A stretch of 62,502 nucleotides of DNA, filler included, from Dugesia japonica (Eukaryota): the NCBI GenBank assembly GCA_001938525.1. It is 6 parts of 6 records of this genome, joined end to end, with 100 filler letters (N's around TTAATTAATTAA, not from the genome) between each part and the next. Parts side by side here need not be neighbours in the genome. Positions count along the whole stretch, not along the records: positions 11,128 to 20,150 come from MQRL01340437.1; positions 20,251 to 29,695 come from MQRL01452203.1; 4 more parts are not named here. The stretch is one strand, 5' to 3'. The notes below the pieces were generated by a model, which saw only the letters and a list, made by a program, of their open reading frames with translations, was not told where the DNA came from and did no database searches. Positions 12,354 to 24,290 of the stretch are shown here, piece by piece (the first letter of the stretch is position 1; each line of letters opens with the position of its first letter). Made by a program: the position numbers and the translations under genes.

Positions 12354-12836
12354 CATTGGTGGCTAACCCAAATGATCTTCTGGGTAACTTTGGAAATGCA
12401 TCATAACTCCGTGGGCCTCATATAAAATTATAACCCTATATTTGATTTAGACCCTTAATAGACATTTTTTGGAGTTAAAAATTATAACAATATGAATTAT
12501 TATTATTGTGTTTACTATTATTCTTACATGTAAACGTAGATAATATAATAATGATTTTAAACGCGCATATATAATTTAATCTTATAATTACAGTTTTTTT
12601 AATAAATATGCTTAACTTAAAAGAAATCATTCTCAATTTATATGATTTCCTGGATTTTAATGAAATTCTTAAATTGAATGATTTTAATGAACATGCGATC
12701 GTTCATCACACATAAGTTTTCTCTACTTTGGTCATTATAAAATAAGTATATTTTTTAAAAGTGTGATGAATCTCGCGGGCTGGAAAAATGTCCAGAAGAG
12801 TAGCATGCTGTCCGGGGCCTCGTGTTGCCCACCGTG
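12354..12836. mobile_element. Non-autonomous hAT element (MITE)
   Basis: Ends CATTGGTGGCTAAC / GTTGCCCACCGTG with GC-rich subterminal GGGCC motifs. 8-bp flanks CTCTATAC/CTCCATAC. Confidence 0.7.
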
Positions 12837-12849
12837 CTCCATACATTTA

Positions 12850-13900
12850 CCCAATTCCCAGATTTAATTAAATCATTCAATACATCTAGTCAATCTATTT
12901 AAATCATACTATATACTTAATCCACTCACTGAAGACAATAAAATACATTCAATAAAATAAATTCAAAATACATACAAAAATCATCGAAAATGGATTCAAA
13001 TAGCTGTGCTTCGTCTGGAGATTTTATAATTTCTTTAGTTCTACCAGTAAAAACTTTCATTTTCTGATAATTTTCACAACTTTGTACAATATTTCTTATT
13101 ATGTTTGTCATATCTTTCATATAAAAATTATTTTCAAAATACTTTTCAACCTTTTTATGTTCTGTATGACATAATTTATTGTAATAGTTTAAAACGACTT
13201 TTTCTCGTTTACACTCAAGTATCCATATTTTATTAAAAATAGTCTTCACAACACCATTATCACTTTTAAATTGACTTTCCTTAATTTCTATTGAATCTTT
13301 TTGCCAAATATTTTCTTTCTCATTGGTCATCATAGCTAATATTATTGTCTTGAAGTTAGCAATTTATGGGTCTGGATGTATCATTTGACATTGCACACAT
13401 GATGAACATTCTCTTCTTGGCATTGCATCTGCATTTCTATGTATTTCTCCCTTTCGGAATTTCATATCAATATCTAAGCTACTTAAATAATTCACCCACG
13501 TTTGAATTTGAGGTTTAAGTGATTGTTTTGTTTTTTATCATAAACGTAATGGCTTTCAGATCTGTCCTTAACAAAACTCGTTTTCCATACAGGTAATGTT
13601 TGAATTTATTTGTAAAGAAATAAATAGCTAATAATTTCTTTCTAATTATACAGTAACCCAATTCATGCTTGCTCATTGTATGTAATCATCATCTTGTAAT
13701 TGTGATAATACAGCTCTAATTCTGTCGAAGCTAGCATCTGTATCTAGTATTAAAGTTTTCTCGAAATCTGGATATGTCAATACTTGAGTTGAACGTAATT
13801 TATTTTTAATACTTTGAAAGCTTTTTTCACATTCTTCATTACAGATTAATTTTTTGTATTACGTCCACATAAAATTTCCAAAGGTTTCTGTAATTCCCAT
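12850..13900 (-). pseudogene. Gypsy pol remnant (RNase H to integrase N-terminus)
   Basis: Minus strand shows VLTYPDF..ILDTDASF..AVLSQ and HRNADAM. ORF 12926-13333 has a decayed HHCC zinc finger. Confidence 0.8.
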
Positions 13901-14416
13901 TAAACATAATAAAATTCATGAAATTAAAAGTTTCAATTATTCTTTTGTTTTTTCTATTTAGATCTTTTTTAGTGGTTATCCGAAATTTTCAGGAATTTCT
14001 GAAGAAGATGATTGTCAAAGATTTGGATAATTACCAAAAATAGAAATAAAAAGAAACAAAACAATATTTCGATCGAAGCTTTTAATTTAATGAAATTAAT
14101 TTAATGATTAATGGTTAAATCCAGCAATTATTTATTCAATAATTGTAGTTATAATACAACTCAATACATTTGTTGGGGTTCCACCTGAGTGGGATAGTAA
14201 GAAAAGGGTGGCTGGGGAAAAACAGCCTTCAGGGAACCCTTTCAAGAATTTAAATCCAATGCCCCTCAGTTGGATATTCAGTGCAGAGCGGTTGACCTTC
14301 GACCTTTACGGGAGGTTCACACTCGTACACCTTTAATTTGGGTTCATTAATTTCCATATTAGACATAGATACAACATTAGACAAAAGTTATCAAAAACAT
14401 CTATTATCATTACAAC

Positions 14417-14800
14417 TTATAGGTCTTCCAATACATCAGGATCTAACCACTGGTTCGGGTCAGTCTCCCAAAAGTCAAACGCGGCTAAATCGTCATTGTC
14501 ATCCCACTGTGCCCAGACAGGGTTTCCCATTTGGCTTGACAGGTCGGCTATATATTGCTTTAGGAATTCTATTTTCCTTTGCAATAGTTGTTGGGTTTCG
14601 GTTGCCAGGGCCTTAGTTTGGTTTGCTAAATCACTCTGTTTCTTTATTATGTTGTCAAGTTTTTTAATTACCCTATCACGTTGATTTAAATGCCTCAATA
14701 AAGCTTTATCTGTCTTTCGTTTCAAATGGCGCTCCACCAACAGACGGCGCATTATATGATGACATCGGAGGAGGCTGTTAGGGAAGTTGATACGAGGCAC
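14417..14800 (-). CDS. Cassette module C: basic/coiled-coil segment with acidic-aromatic tail
   Basis: Open 127-codon frame beginning at a tttcag acceptor. Homologues at 3507 and 10345. Confidence 0.7.
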   Translation of the reverse strand: MPRINFPNSLLRCHHIMRRLLVERHLKRKTDKALLRHLNQRDRVIKKLDNIIKKQSDLANQTKALATETQQLLQRKIEFLKQYIADLSSQMGNPVWAQWDDNDDLAAFDFWETDPNQWLDPDVLEDL

Positions 14801-14805
14801 TGAAA

Positions 14806-15126
14806 TAATGGTTTGAGAGGGATTTTCTCCCGGAGCAGCAAGATGTCACTAACCAGTTTATTTTATCGGTCATGGCTGGACCGGATCATCTCTGAAAAAG
14901 ATTCTACCTGCTTTTTCCAGTCACGCTCTTGTAAATGGGAGGCCTCTGCTTCTTTTTTAAGAGTACGCATTTTTTCTTATATCGAAGAACTTTACTATTC
15001 GCCGTTGCCACCTCTGCCTCCCACCGTTGCTTGGCGAGCCGGTAGAGATCCCATGTTATTTCGCGGTCTTCACTAGTATCCCGCATCTTTTGGTGGGGGC
15101 TGAGGGACAATTTAGTGATGAGTGCA
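14806..15126 (-). pseudogene. Cassette module B (frameshift, stop, TQT tail deleted)
   Basis: ITWDLYRLAKQRWEAEVATANSK../ASHLQERDWKKQVESFSEMIR..DR*NKLVSDILLLREKIPLKPL. ttgtag acceptor. Confidence 0.75.
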
Positions 15127-15337
15127 CTACAAAATATACATATTATCGTGAATAACACTTAGAATTCTATAATTAAAAACAGGCATGTTAATGATAAGTC
15201 TGGCTAACGATTACCGATAGTAAGCTTACGAGATCTACCTACGAATTGAAAACAAAAAATATTTCTTTGATAACCACTCAAAACATCAAACATTTATTTC
15301 CGTCAATGTAGAACAAGAAAACGCCGAACTCATCTCT

Positions 15338-15748
15338 TTATGGCAACGGGGTTGGTTCATTATTTTTTAACGCTCCGCCACTAGCTTGATTCCGTATATT
15401 CCATAAGGTATTCCCAACGTCTATAGAGAATCTTGTGTTCCGGGGAAGATGGTTAATCGACACAGGCAATAATGTGGGACCATCCTGCCAAGTACTAGTG
15501 ATCTGGTTAAGTACGGATTCGATGGTGGTAGTTCGATGTAACACGTCTTGAGTGCGATCAGGGCCTTTCCATTGGTAAAACGCTTGACGCTCTGCTGCGG
15601 CCCATTCTCTTTCATTGTCAGCGTCTTCACTAGACAAGTTGGAATAGTCCACTAAGACACCCGCATTGCGCTCATGAGGATTCTTATACTTTTTAAAAAT
15701 GGTTCGTTCCATGCGTCTATCCCATAACACTTCCCATACGTGGTCCAT
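15338..15748 (-). CDS. Cassette module A (136 aa, unknown function)
   Basis: Open ATG ORF, GC-richer than its flanks, homologous to 9483-9761. ttgtag acceptor 10 nt upstream. Confidence 0.7.
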   Translation of the reverse strand: MDHVWEVLWDRRMERTIFKKYKNPHERNAGVLVDYSNLSSEDADNEREWAAAERQAFYQWKGPDRTQDVLHRTTTIESVLNQITSTWQDGPTLLPVSINHLPRNTRFSIDVGNTLWNIRNQASGGALKNNEPTPLP

Positions 15749-17880
15749 TTATCAATTTCTACAATAAAGAGCAATTTTAGTACAGAAACATAATATGATA
15801 ACGGAAACATAATGACGATGAGAGTTGACCCATGCAAGTAGATTTATAAATCAAAATATACGAAGTGAAGGTACTGATTTTATTTGAACTAAAACATATT
15901 CAGGGATGGCTTTTATAATGAAATTTCATTCTTCATCGAGATCCACTGAGACGGATAGAGAAAACATCTCCGCGAAACACGCTTAATCGGTTTCGTCGGG
16001 ATGTTCCACGCGATGTGGAAATAATAAATGTCCGATTAATTGACGCGTCCGGGAACGTTTGCGTTCCCGCAGAATCAACCAAAGGGTTCTTAGCAATATG
16101 TTGGACATAGGTTATCTAAAGAAAAACATGTCAACATTAATACCCCATGCTCGATAAATTGATACCAGTTATCATGTATAGTAATAATATACATCACGTC
16201 GCTATTAGTGAAAGGGTCAGACATATCTTTACCTCCCCAAGGGTAATGAGAACTGAGATCTATAAGTATAGACGCAATAACAGAAATAGGGATATAAAAT
16301 GATAATTACAGACCTCAGGACATAAGACTCCCTACTGTGTCATTTGAATTTATATCATTAATGTGCAGGGTATTGCTATTAATAGGAAGCATTTTTCCGG
16401 TGAGTATCAATATAATATTGGCATATGATAATTGAGATTTACATATTTATTTTTTTTCGTATTAATCGGTAATAAAAGAAAATAGTGTAAAAACATCTAT
16501 TTTTCCCCATTTTGAATTGGGCGGTGATTGATCACTTGGCAACTGAAGGCTAATAACAGTCTGCCAATAACACTACACCCGCACACACCACCATCAATAA
16601 AGAAACAGCTGAACAGGCAATGCGGGCCAGATTCTACACACCTCATTTACCTCAACTAGTCAGGATGAATTACCGTCATATATTTTTTTTCATATCTTCA
16701 TAACACCAGTAATCGTGGTAATAGCCGTCGTAATATTAATACAGTTAATGATCATTTTAACACGGATGAAAGAAATAACATCATTTTGATAGGCATACTA
16801 GAGTTAATACCGATAATAAAAGATAATACGGGCTATTTATAATAATAAGTAATATATCGATGGTCATAAAATCGCAAATAATAATCGATTCATTCTGAAA
16901 TTTCTTGTAATACGGTAAATGATAGTAACGGGATGATATTTAATTTGACACTCATTTTCAATTACGAATTGGTAATTACATCTACTGATAGGTTTTACTA
17001 GAACTAAAAATCAGNCATACATATGCAGCCTGATGCTGCAAGAAAATATAGATAGATGTGCATCCGGCGTATGTGTGTTAATGGNGGTTATTAGACAACT
17101 TAGGTTGCTACCCAAAGCATAGAGATAGTGTGTATTACATGAACCGGAGTCGTGTGCAGACTAAAAGGGCAAACTGGATGATGGATACAACCTGTATTGT
17201 GCAAAGTGACCTGGGCACATGATTAGCTATGCTTATTTTAGGAATTTGAGATCTGTTGAAAGGCGAAACATGCATGCCAAAGTATTCTCTTTCTGTGGTT
17301 GAGGCGACTAATAATCACTGTGCATGTCCTAATTGAAAAGTGAACGGCAATATAGACATTGTTAACAGGTGGCATGATGGATTAAAAAAAATCTTTTTTC
17401 TTTTAAAACTCGTTTTCAGATAACCTCCATATTTATTATCAATTATCTAATCAATGGGTTATAATTAAGTTAACCAATAGATATATTTATCAATACAGAT
17501 TTATTCATTAATTTTATTTAACGACACATCATATAATATTTAACATTAAAAATCAATTTCTTTCATAAACAATTACTTACTATCAAATTCTGCAACGGAA
17601 TGATTTTCAATAATAAAAGCGATTCTTTTATTCTGCTATCTTAGTCACTATTTTTCTTCTTACAAATCAACCTTTTTCGATGAATCCTGATTTCGTTTTA
17701 ACTGCGACTACAATTACGATTTTTCTCTTCTATAAAATTAATGATTTGATGAAAAATGATTTTCTATAATAATTGTCCGTTTACGTGGTAAGTTCAATTT
17801 CTTTGATATACAAAATTGTCTGTACTCTGTATATTAATTTATGAATAAATAAGTGCTCTTTTCTGCTTAAAATCAGGGGG

Positions 17881-18015
17881 TTTAAATACCGTTTTACCAG
17901 ACACCCTGACATGTTTGATATTGGCTGGTTATTTTTAGTTTCATTCTTCTGTCTTTGATTGGTTTTGGTGCCAATTTTCTGTAATTTTTTCAGAGTTTTA
18001 GAACTCTAATTGGCC
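17881..18015 (-). promoter_or_regulatory. Promoter of giant LTR (CCAAT x3 + TATTTAAA)
   Basis: Same position as the promoter at 1411-1495. Points toward modules A-B-C. Confidence 0.5.
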
Positions 18016-20056
18016 GTTATTTTTAGGACCTCATGTGATTCCTGGTGCTTTGTCTTATCTTTATTTTCTGAATCCTTATTGGCCACCTCTTTAGATCCAG
18101 GTAGCATCCTTCTGGTTCAAGGTATATTTTTTTTGTGGATAAATTTCAATTTCTATGCTGTTGTTTCTTCGAATTTTTCTTGCTACAAGGTCCTGAAGTT
18201 TCCGTGGACGGAGTTATTCGTGGAAAACTGATTTTGGTTTAATTTTAATTTATTTTTCGTTCGAAATTAATTAACGCTTTCTGATAATTAATTATAATAT
18301 TTTCTTTATATTTTATTTATTTCTATTAATAATTTCTTTGATTAGTAAAATTGATATGGTTGGCTTTGATCGTCCCAACTCTTTGTCTTTACCCTTTCGG
18401 TAGTTTCTTTATTCCTTTCATCATAATTTAGTCCTTCGTGATTTTCTGCGCCTACTTATCTTGTCATTTTCCTTCAGCGTTGATTGATATCTTCTTTTAC
18501 TTTAAACTATTAATTCTTCTTAATTTGTGCCCTTTTACTTTAGCCAATTACGACTGGGCGTTTCACCCCAACACATTTAAGATGCTCGATTAAACAAATA
18601 AATTCATTAAATATAATAAAACTAATACGCTTATTTTATACAATACACTAAATAAATCAAGTACATTTTTCCATCCATATTTTTGCCTTATTGCACCGAA
18701 AACTCGTTTAGCCAACATATTCTAATGAGTTTACTCATTTTTGTTTACTTAAAACAACATTATTAATGATTAAAGTAATAACATGAAAAGAAATTAGATA
18801 TTCATATATATCCACATAGAAAATATGAATTCAGAGTTGACTGAATCAATACCTGCCACCATCTTCGTGAGATAAAAGAAAAGACAAATGAAAGAAATCC
18901 GTTAAAAATGTAATGAAAATTTAAAACCACAGCTCCAAAAAGCTAAGAAAAAGGACCGGAAATTAGAAGAAAAGGCGTCGGCATATCGAGAACAAGAATC
19001 TTTATTGCAAACGCGACCAACACTTGCTCAAAATACTAAATAAGTAGGCCAACCGAAAACAATCCGTGTTTCATAGTTTGAAGTACCACACATATGAGAG
19101 TCGAAATTAAAAACAGTTAAATAAATTTTGTAGTATTAACAGATATTGAAAACCGATTATCAATTAAATTTTGTATTGCTAATACATCTTGCATGTAATT
19201 AAATACAGACCTCATAGATTCAGAGTTTAGTACAAGGAGAACATGTAAAAAAGACAAAAAAAGCCCCTTAATATTACATCTGTGTCGAACGCACTTCATT
19301 AACAAAACGAAACCACTAGAAACTTACCTCATCAGTTCCGAAAAAAAGAGAACTTTGTGAGAAATTCAAAGTTCCTGTGATGACTCCAAAGACGTACTCT
19401 GAGCAAACAGTCATAAATACTTGTGGTTTTTAGAATGGATGATTCTAGTCAAAATATTTTACTAGGTAAAAAAGTTTAAAGCCGGAACGAAACTTATGGA
19501 AACCAAACAAAATGAATGGCTTAATTTGAATTATATACAATGGGAATAAGGTAAAATATATAAAATAAGCTAAAACTTTGACTTGCTGGATTCAAACCAA
19601 AGGATGAGGTCATGCATTTCAAATAATGGATTGGAGTAATTGGAACAAATCTGGGGATGAACTTAGGACATTCGTAAAGATTTGTAATTTTTTGAAGATT
19701 TATCTAGTCATAGAAAATTAACCAGAATAAATAATCCAATCGAACCAACGTGCTGGACATGAAAAAGTATTTATGGATTTGAGAANNNNNNNNNNNNNNN
19801 ACAATTGTAGAAAGCTGGCCTCTCGAATTTGCCAGAAATGTAAGAGTTACGGAAATTCGAATTAATTTTATTATTTTTATTTAATAAATATTCTAATCAG
19901 TTAGTTGTTATTGAAGTTTGATAGTGCGCAAGGATATTGTAACTGACAACCATACCAGAACTGTAAATGCGGTGACAAGGCAACAGCATCAGCAGAAAGC
20001 AATTTTAGATGCGTTTCCAAAAAAAGCGAGTAGGTAGATAGTGGCGCACTGTATCA

Positions 20057-20072
20057 CCCCCTCCCCCCCCTC
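20057..20072 (-). other. Polypurine tract preceding a 3' LTR start
   Basis: Minus strand GAGGGGGGGGAGGGGG is immediately followed by TG (TGATACAG at 20056). Same strand as the Gypsy pol at 21413-23630. Confidence 0.65.
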
Positions 20073-20378
20073 AAGCTCAAATTTTTTCAAGGTCGATGAT
20101 ACAGTATACCTGTATCTGATTGGTCCGTGATTTAGTATACTCAATTCTTANNNNNNNNNNNNNNNNNNNNNNNNNNNNNNNNNNNNNNNNNNNNTTAATT
20201 AATTAANNNNNNNNNNNNNNNNNNNNNNNNNNNNNNNNNNNNNNNNNNNNAACTTGTTTTTCGTTATTACGATCCTGGTTTTTTTTCGCTCTTTATTGCA
20301 ATATTTTGATCTGATTTCACTTTGAATTTGGCTATTTGTAAGATCTCGTTTCTTTTGTTCTACATTGATCCATAATAA

Positions 20379-21412
20379 CTAAATCTCTGTGCATAAAGTA
20401 ATTTGACAACTTCCACATAATTTCTTTGCTGTTGTCATGTTGATTGGACATTTTGTAGGTCTGAAATTTTTACAGTTTCCTTCTACGTTCCATGGTGAAT
20501 GCGCTTCTTTGTTTTTGTCTATCTCGAATCGATTTAGTTTATTAAATGTCCATCTTTCTTTTTGTCTCATCGTAATTCGTAGACATGGTTTACCCAATGG
20601 TTTCCAGTTGTCTACGGATCCGTGTCCTTTCATTCCATATCGTCCACATCTTGGATTGTCGCATATTCGATTTTCTTGAATTATTCCAATTTCCACTGAA
20701 TGACAATATTTATATCTCGTATAAGTATATCTTGTCTATTTTCAATTATAGTTAGATCATTATTCAGCAGAAACTTTTTCATGATCTCCTTAGTTGATAG
20801 TTCAATACTTACTATTAGTGGTTTTGCTGCCGATAAGCCTGTTAAATGATTGAAGACACATCTAACTTCACTACTTATTATTTGCCTCGCATTTGTTATA
20901 CAATTACTACACGATTGTTTATATTTCTCCTTGGACATGTTTAATTTTATTACCACCTCNNNNNNNNNNNNNNNNNNNNNNNNNNNNNNNNNNNNNNNNT
21001 CTCTCCATACTTGCAATGATACTCGCTTAAGTTCTCTATCCACATGTACAATTTTATCTTGTGTCGTTCGTAAACATTGGTAACATATCTTTAACAATTG
21101 ATTCTTTATCAAAGTTTCTGTCTCTTGTCTCGTTTTGTTACAGATTTTACATAGATAAGTTTCTTTGTTTGGTTCTAGAGTCCCCAAAATTCCTTCTCTT
21201 GCTTTTGCTGATAACATCATTACACGATGTATTGATCTGATTGGATATCTCTGTTCCGCATTTGGCTTGTCTAATTTAAAGCGAACTCGTTTCAATTTAT
21301 GCATTTCCGGTTCTGCTTTCACTAGATTTTCTTTATCTGTTTCGATTTCCTTGGCTGCTAATTTACATCTTGGTACATGTACGATACTTGGTTTCTTTAG
21401 TTGTTTTCCCAA
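20379..21412 (-). pseudogene. Cys-rich C-terminal extension of Gypsy Pol
   Basis: ORF 20681-21412 is in frame with integrase ORF 21413-21889, separated by one stop. Motifs CKIC, CYQC, CSNC, then CDNPRC and CGSC in 20379-20696. Confidence 0.6.
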
Positions 21413-23630
21413 TTATTTTAATTTCAAATTTGTTGCCGTTGTTTTGATCACCATATATAGGCCTTTATTTGGTCTCTTTAATTTATCTGTCTTGCCAATA
21501 TCGATGGTCGGTGTGTTTACTAACACTAGATCTCCCTTTTTAAATGTATGAGCTTCTACTTTACAATCGTGTAATTCCTTGTAACTTTCCTGACTAAATC
21601 TTCCATTGGCTTCTGCCAATTCCCACATTTCTTTCATTCGCTCCTTCATGCCTGTCCCGTAATCGTCTTCATCCATGCATTGTGAAATTGGTGGCTGATA
21701 TTCTAAATTGATAGGCATGTTGCATTCTCTGCCATAAATTAAGCTGAACAGTGTTGCTCTTGTTGTCGGATGTACTCCCATTCGATACGCAAATAGACAT
21801 AAATGTAAATGTTTGTCTACTTCTCTTTGATCTTTTGAAGCATAACTCGATATCATTCTTGTTATAGTTTGATTGAATCTTTCTGTCATTCCGTCTGTTT
21901 GCGGATGATATGCTGATGTTTGTAATTTGTAAATATTAAAGAAACTCGTAACGTTTTTTCATTAACTCACTCAAAAAGTTATTCCCTTGATCCGTTAAAA
22001 TTTTCTTTGGAGGTCTATAACGACTAAATACTTTATCTACTAACACTTTGGTAATCGTCGCTGCTTTTTGATCTCTCAACGCAAATGCCTCTGGAAATTT
22101 TGAATAATAATCTACCACTGTTAAAATATATATCTTTCCGATGTTCGTAGGTGATAATGGCCCAATTGTATCCATTGCTATTATATCCATCGATGCTGCT
22201 GGCACTGGGATTGGTTGTAGCGGAACTTTGAATTTCTTTCCTGTTCCTCTCCTTGCTGCGCATATCTGACATTGTTCCACCCATGTTTTTATACTTGTCA
22301 TTATATGTGGCCAATAATATTTTGATCTCAATTTTGATTCTGTCTTTTTAGCTGACATACGGCCTCCAAATATTCCATTATGATATTGTTCTAAAATCTT
22401 TGCTCGTCTATTTTAAGGTATTACTAATAACATTTGTCGCTTTCTTTCATCATCAACCATCCATTGACTATTGCGTATCGTCCACCTCGTTTCTTTAAAT
22501 GTTCTTTCATGCTTTTATTACACTCGACTTTACTCAAATCGTAATGTGTTAGATAATCCAGAATTATCTTAACCTCTTTATCATCATCTTGATCCTTCTT
22601 GAGACCTGTAAAATCTTTGTTCTCTGCTAATATCATACACAAATTTCGTATTTCTCGATTCATTAATTGCTGAATATTAATCACTTCATCATCTTGTACT
22701 TTAGTTATTTGCCTTTTCCTCCGGTTCATCTGTGAATTTCGATCTTGACATATAATCTGCATTTTCATTTGCTTTACCCGATTTGTATTTTATTAATGGT
22801 GCATATTCTTGTAGTCTCATGGCCCATCGTGCCATTTTATTTATCTGTAACGGTTTTTGTCCGATCGTTGTAAGCGGTTGATGATCTGTATACACTACTA
22901 GTTCGTGTCCAAGTACTAATTGATTGAAATGCTTTACTGCTTTTACAATTGCTAAGATTTCTCGTTCCGTTGTACTATAATTCTTTTCTGCACTTTAAAA
23001 CGTTTTACTAAAATATCCGATTACTCTTTCTCGACCTTCTACGTCTAACTGACTCAATACAGCTCTCATTGCATATCCACTTGCATCTGTTGCTACTATA
23101 AACGGTTTCTTAAAATCTGGTTGCACTAATATTGGTGTTTTTCTCGTATTGCCTCGAATGCCTTTTGATGTTAGTCTGTCCAAATAAATGTTACCTCTTG
23201 TCTCACTAATAATTGAATTGGTTTGACTATCGTTGCAAATCCTTTTGATAAATTTTCTGTAATAGTTTACCATGCCTAAAAATACTTGTACATCGTTTAC
23301 ATTCTTCGGTACTGGCAATTTCTTTACTGGCAATTACAATATTTGCTGGGTCTGGTGGTTTTTCTTGATCTGATATTAGGTGACCTAAGTACGCACTTGA
23401 TTTTTTGCCCATTCGCACTTTGTAGGTTTTACTCTGAGATTCCACATTCTTAATTGCACAAATACATTACGTGAATCTTTCAGGTGTTCCTCAAATGTCG
23501 TTGAAAATATTAATAAATCATCGATATATACCATACTCTGTGGTATTCCGTGGGTCACAAAATTCATTGTTTGTTGAAAAGCTGCTAGTGCATTTGTCAA
23601 TCCAAATGCCATCTTCACAAATTGATATAA
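21413..23630 (-). pseudogene. Ty3/Gypsy pol (RT-RNase H-integrase), disrupted
   Basis: MAFGLTNA and YIDDLLIFS (RT). TDASG and YTDH (RNase H). CQIC, MDTIGP, TDQG and ERFNQT (integrase). Order is RT-RH-IN. Confidence 0.95.
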
Positions 23631-23699
23631 GGTTTCCCTGCTGAAAATCCTGTTTTCTCTTTATCTGCTTCTTCTGTTTTAATTCTCTAATATCTTGTA

Positions 23700-24290
23700 C
23701 AGTTAAAGCAGTTTTGATTACCTGCTGATTGCAAATTATATTGTCTACCATTACTTTCTCTTCTAGAGTTATTAAATTGTCCTCGGTTATCTGAAAGATT
23801 CTGACCTGGAGTCAACGATTTTAACAATGGCGGTATATTTGCTGGTATGAAATCAGTTATCTTTGGAATTTTCTCTGCTTCCTCGATTTTAAAGATACTT
23901 GCCTGTTTCTGTGGGACTTCTACCTTTTGTGATACTCCTGCTTCATTTACAGGAGTTTTTTTTTCATCTACCGTTTTTTGCTGTCTTAAGTTTACCTATT
24001 TACGCACATCCGTATTTCTGAGACCTTTATTAAATATTTCAAGAATTCCTTTATCTTGCACGTCTTCTCCAAGCTCTAATTTTTCGAGTCTCCATAGTTC
24101 TGTTGCATAAACTTGTAATAATTCGTCTTTTAATTGTTGTCTCGCTGTAAAATCTTGGACTTCCTGTTCTTGTAATGTCAATTAAAGCTTTTTCGCTTCT
24201 ACCCACGTCTTTATTCCATCTTTGACCAATTTCGCTTTATTCCAATATATCGTCTTTGCCGATCCTTTTAAATACAATGGTATAGAATTT
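23700..24290 (-). pseudogene. Gypsy gag remnant
   Basis: RQQLKDELLQVYATELWRL...FNKGL resembles the retrotransposon Gag capsid C-terminal motif. Protease and RT N-terminus appear deleted. Confidence 0.55.

Larger units (their letters stand above)
14171..18573 (-). mobile_element. 4.4-kb giant solo-LTR-like element carrying a protein cassette
   Basis: 9-bp terminal inverted repeat TGTTGGGGT...ACCCCAACA and exact 4-bp TSD CATT (14167-14170, 18574-18577). No recognisable gag/pol or transposase inside. Confidence 0.8.
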
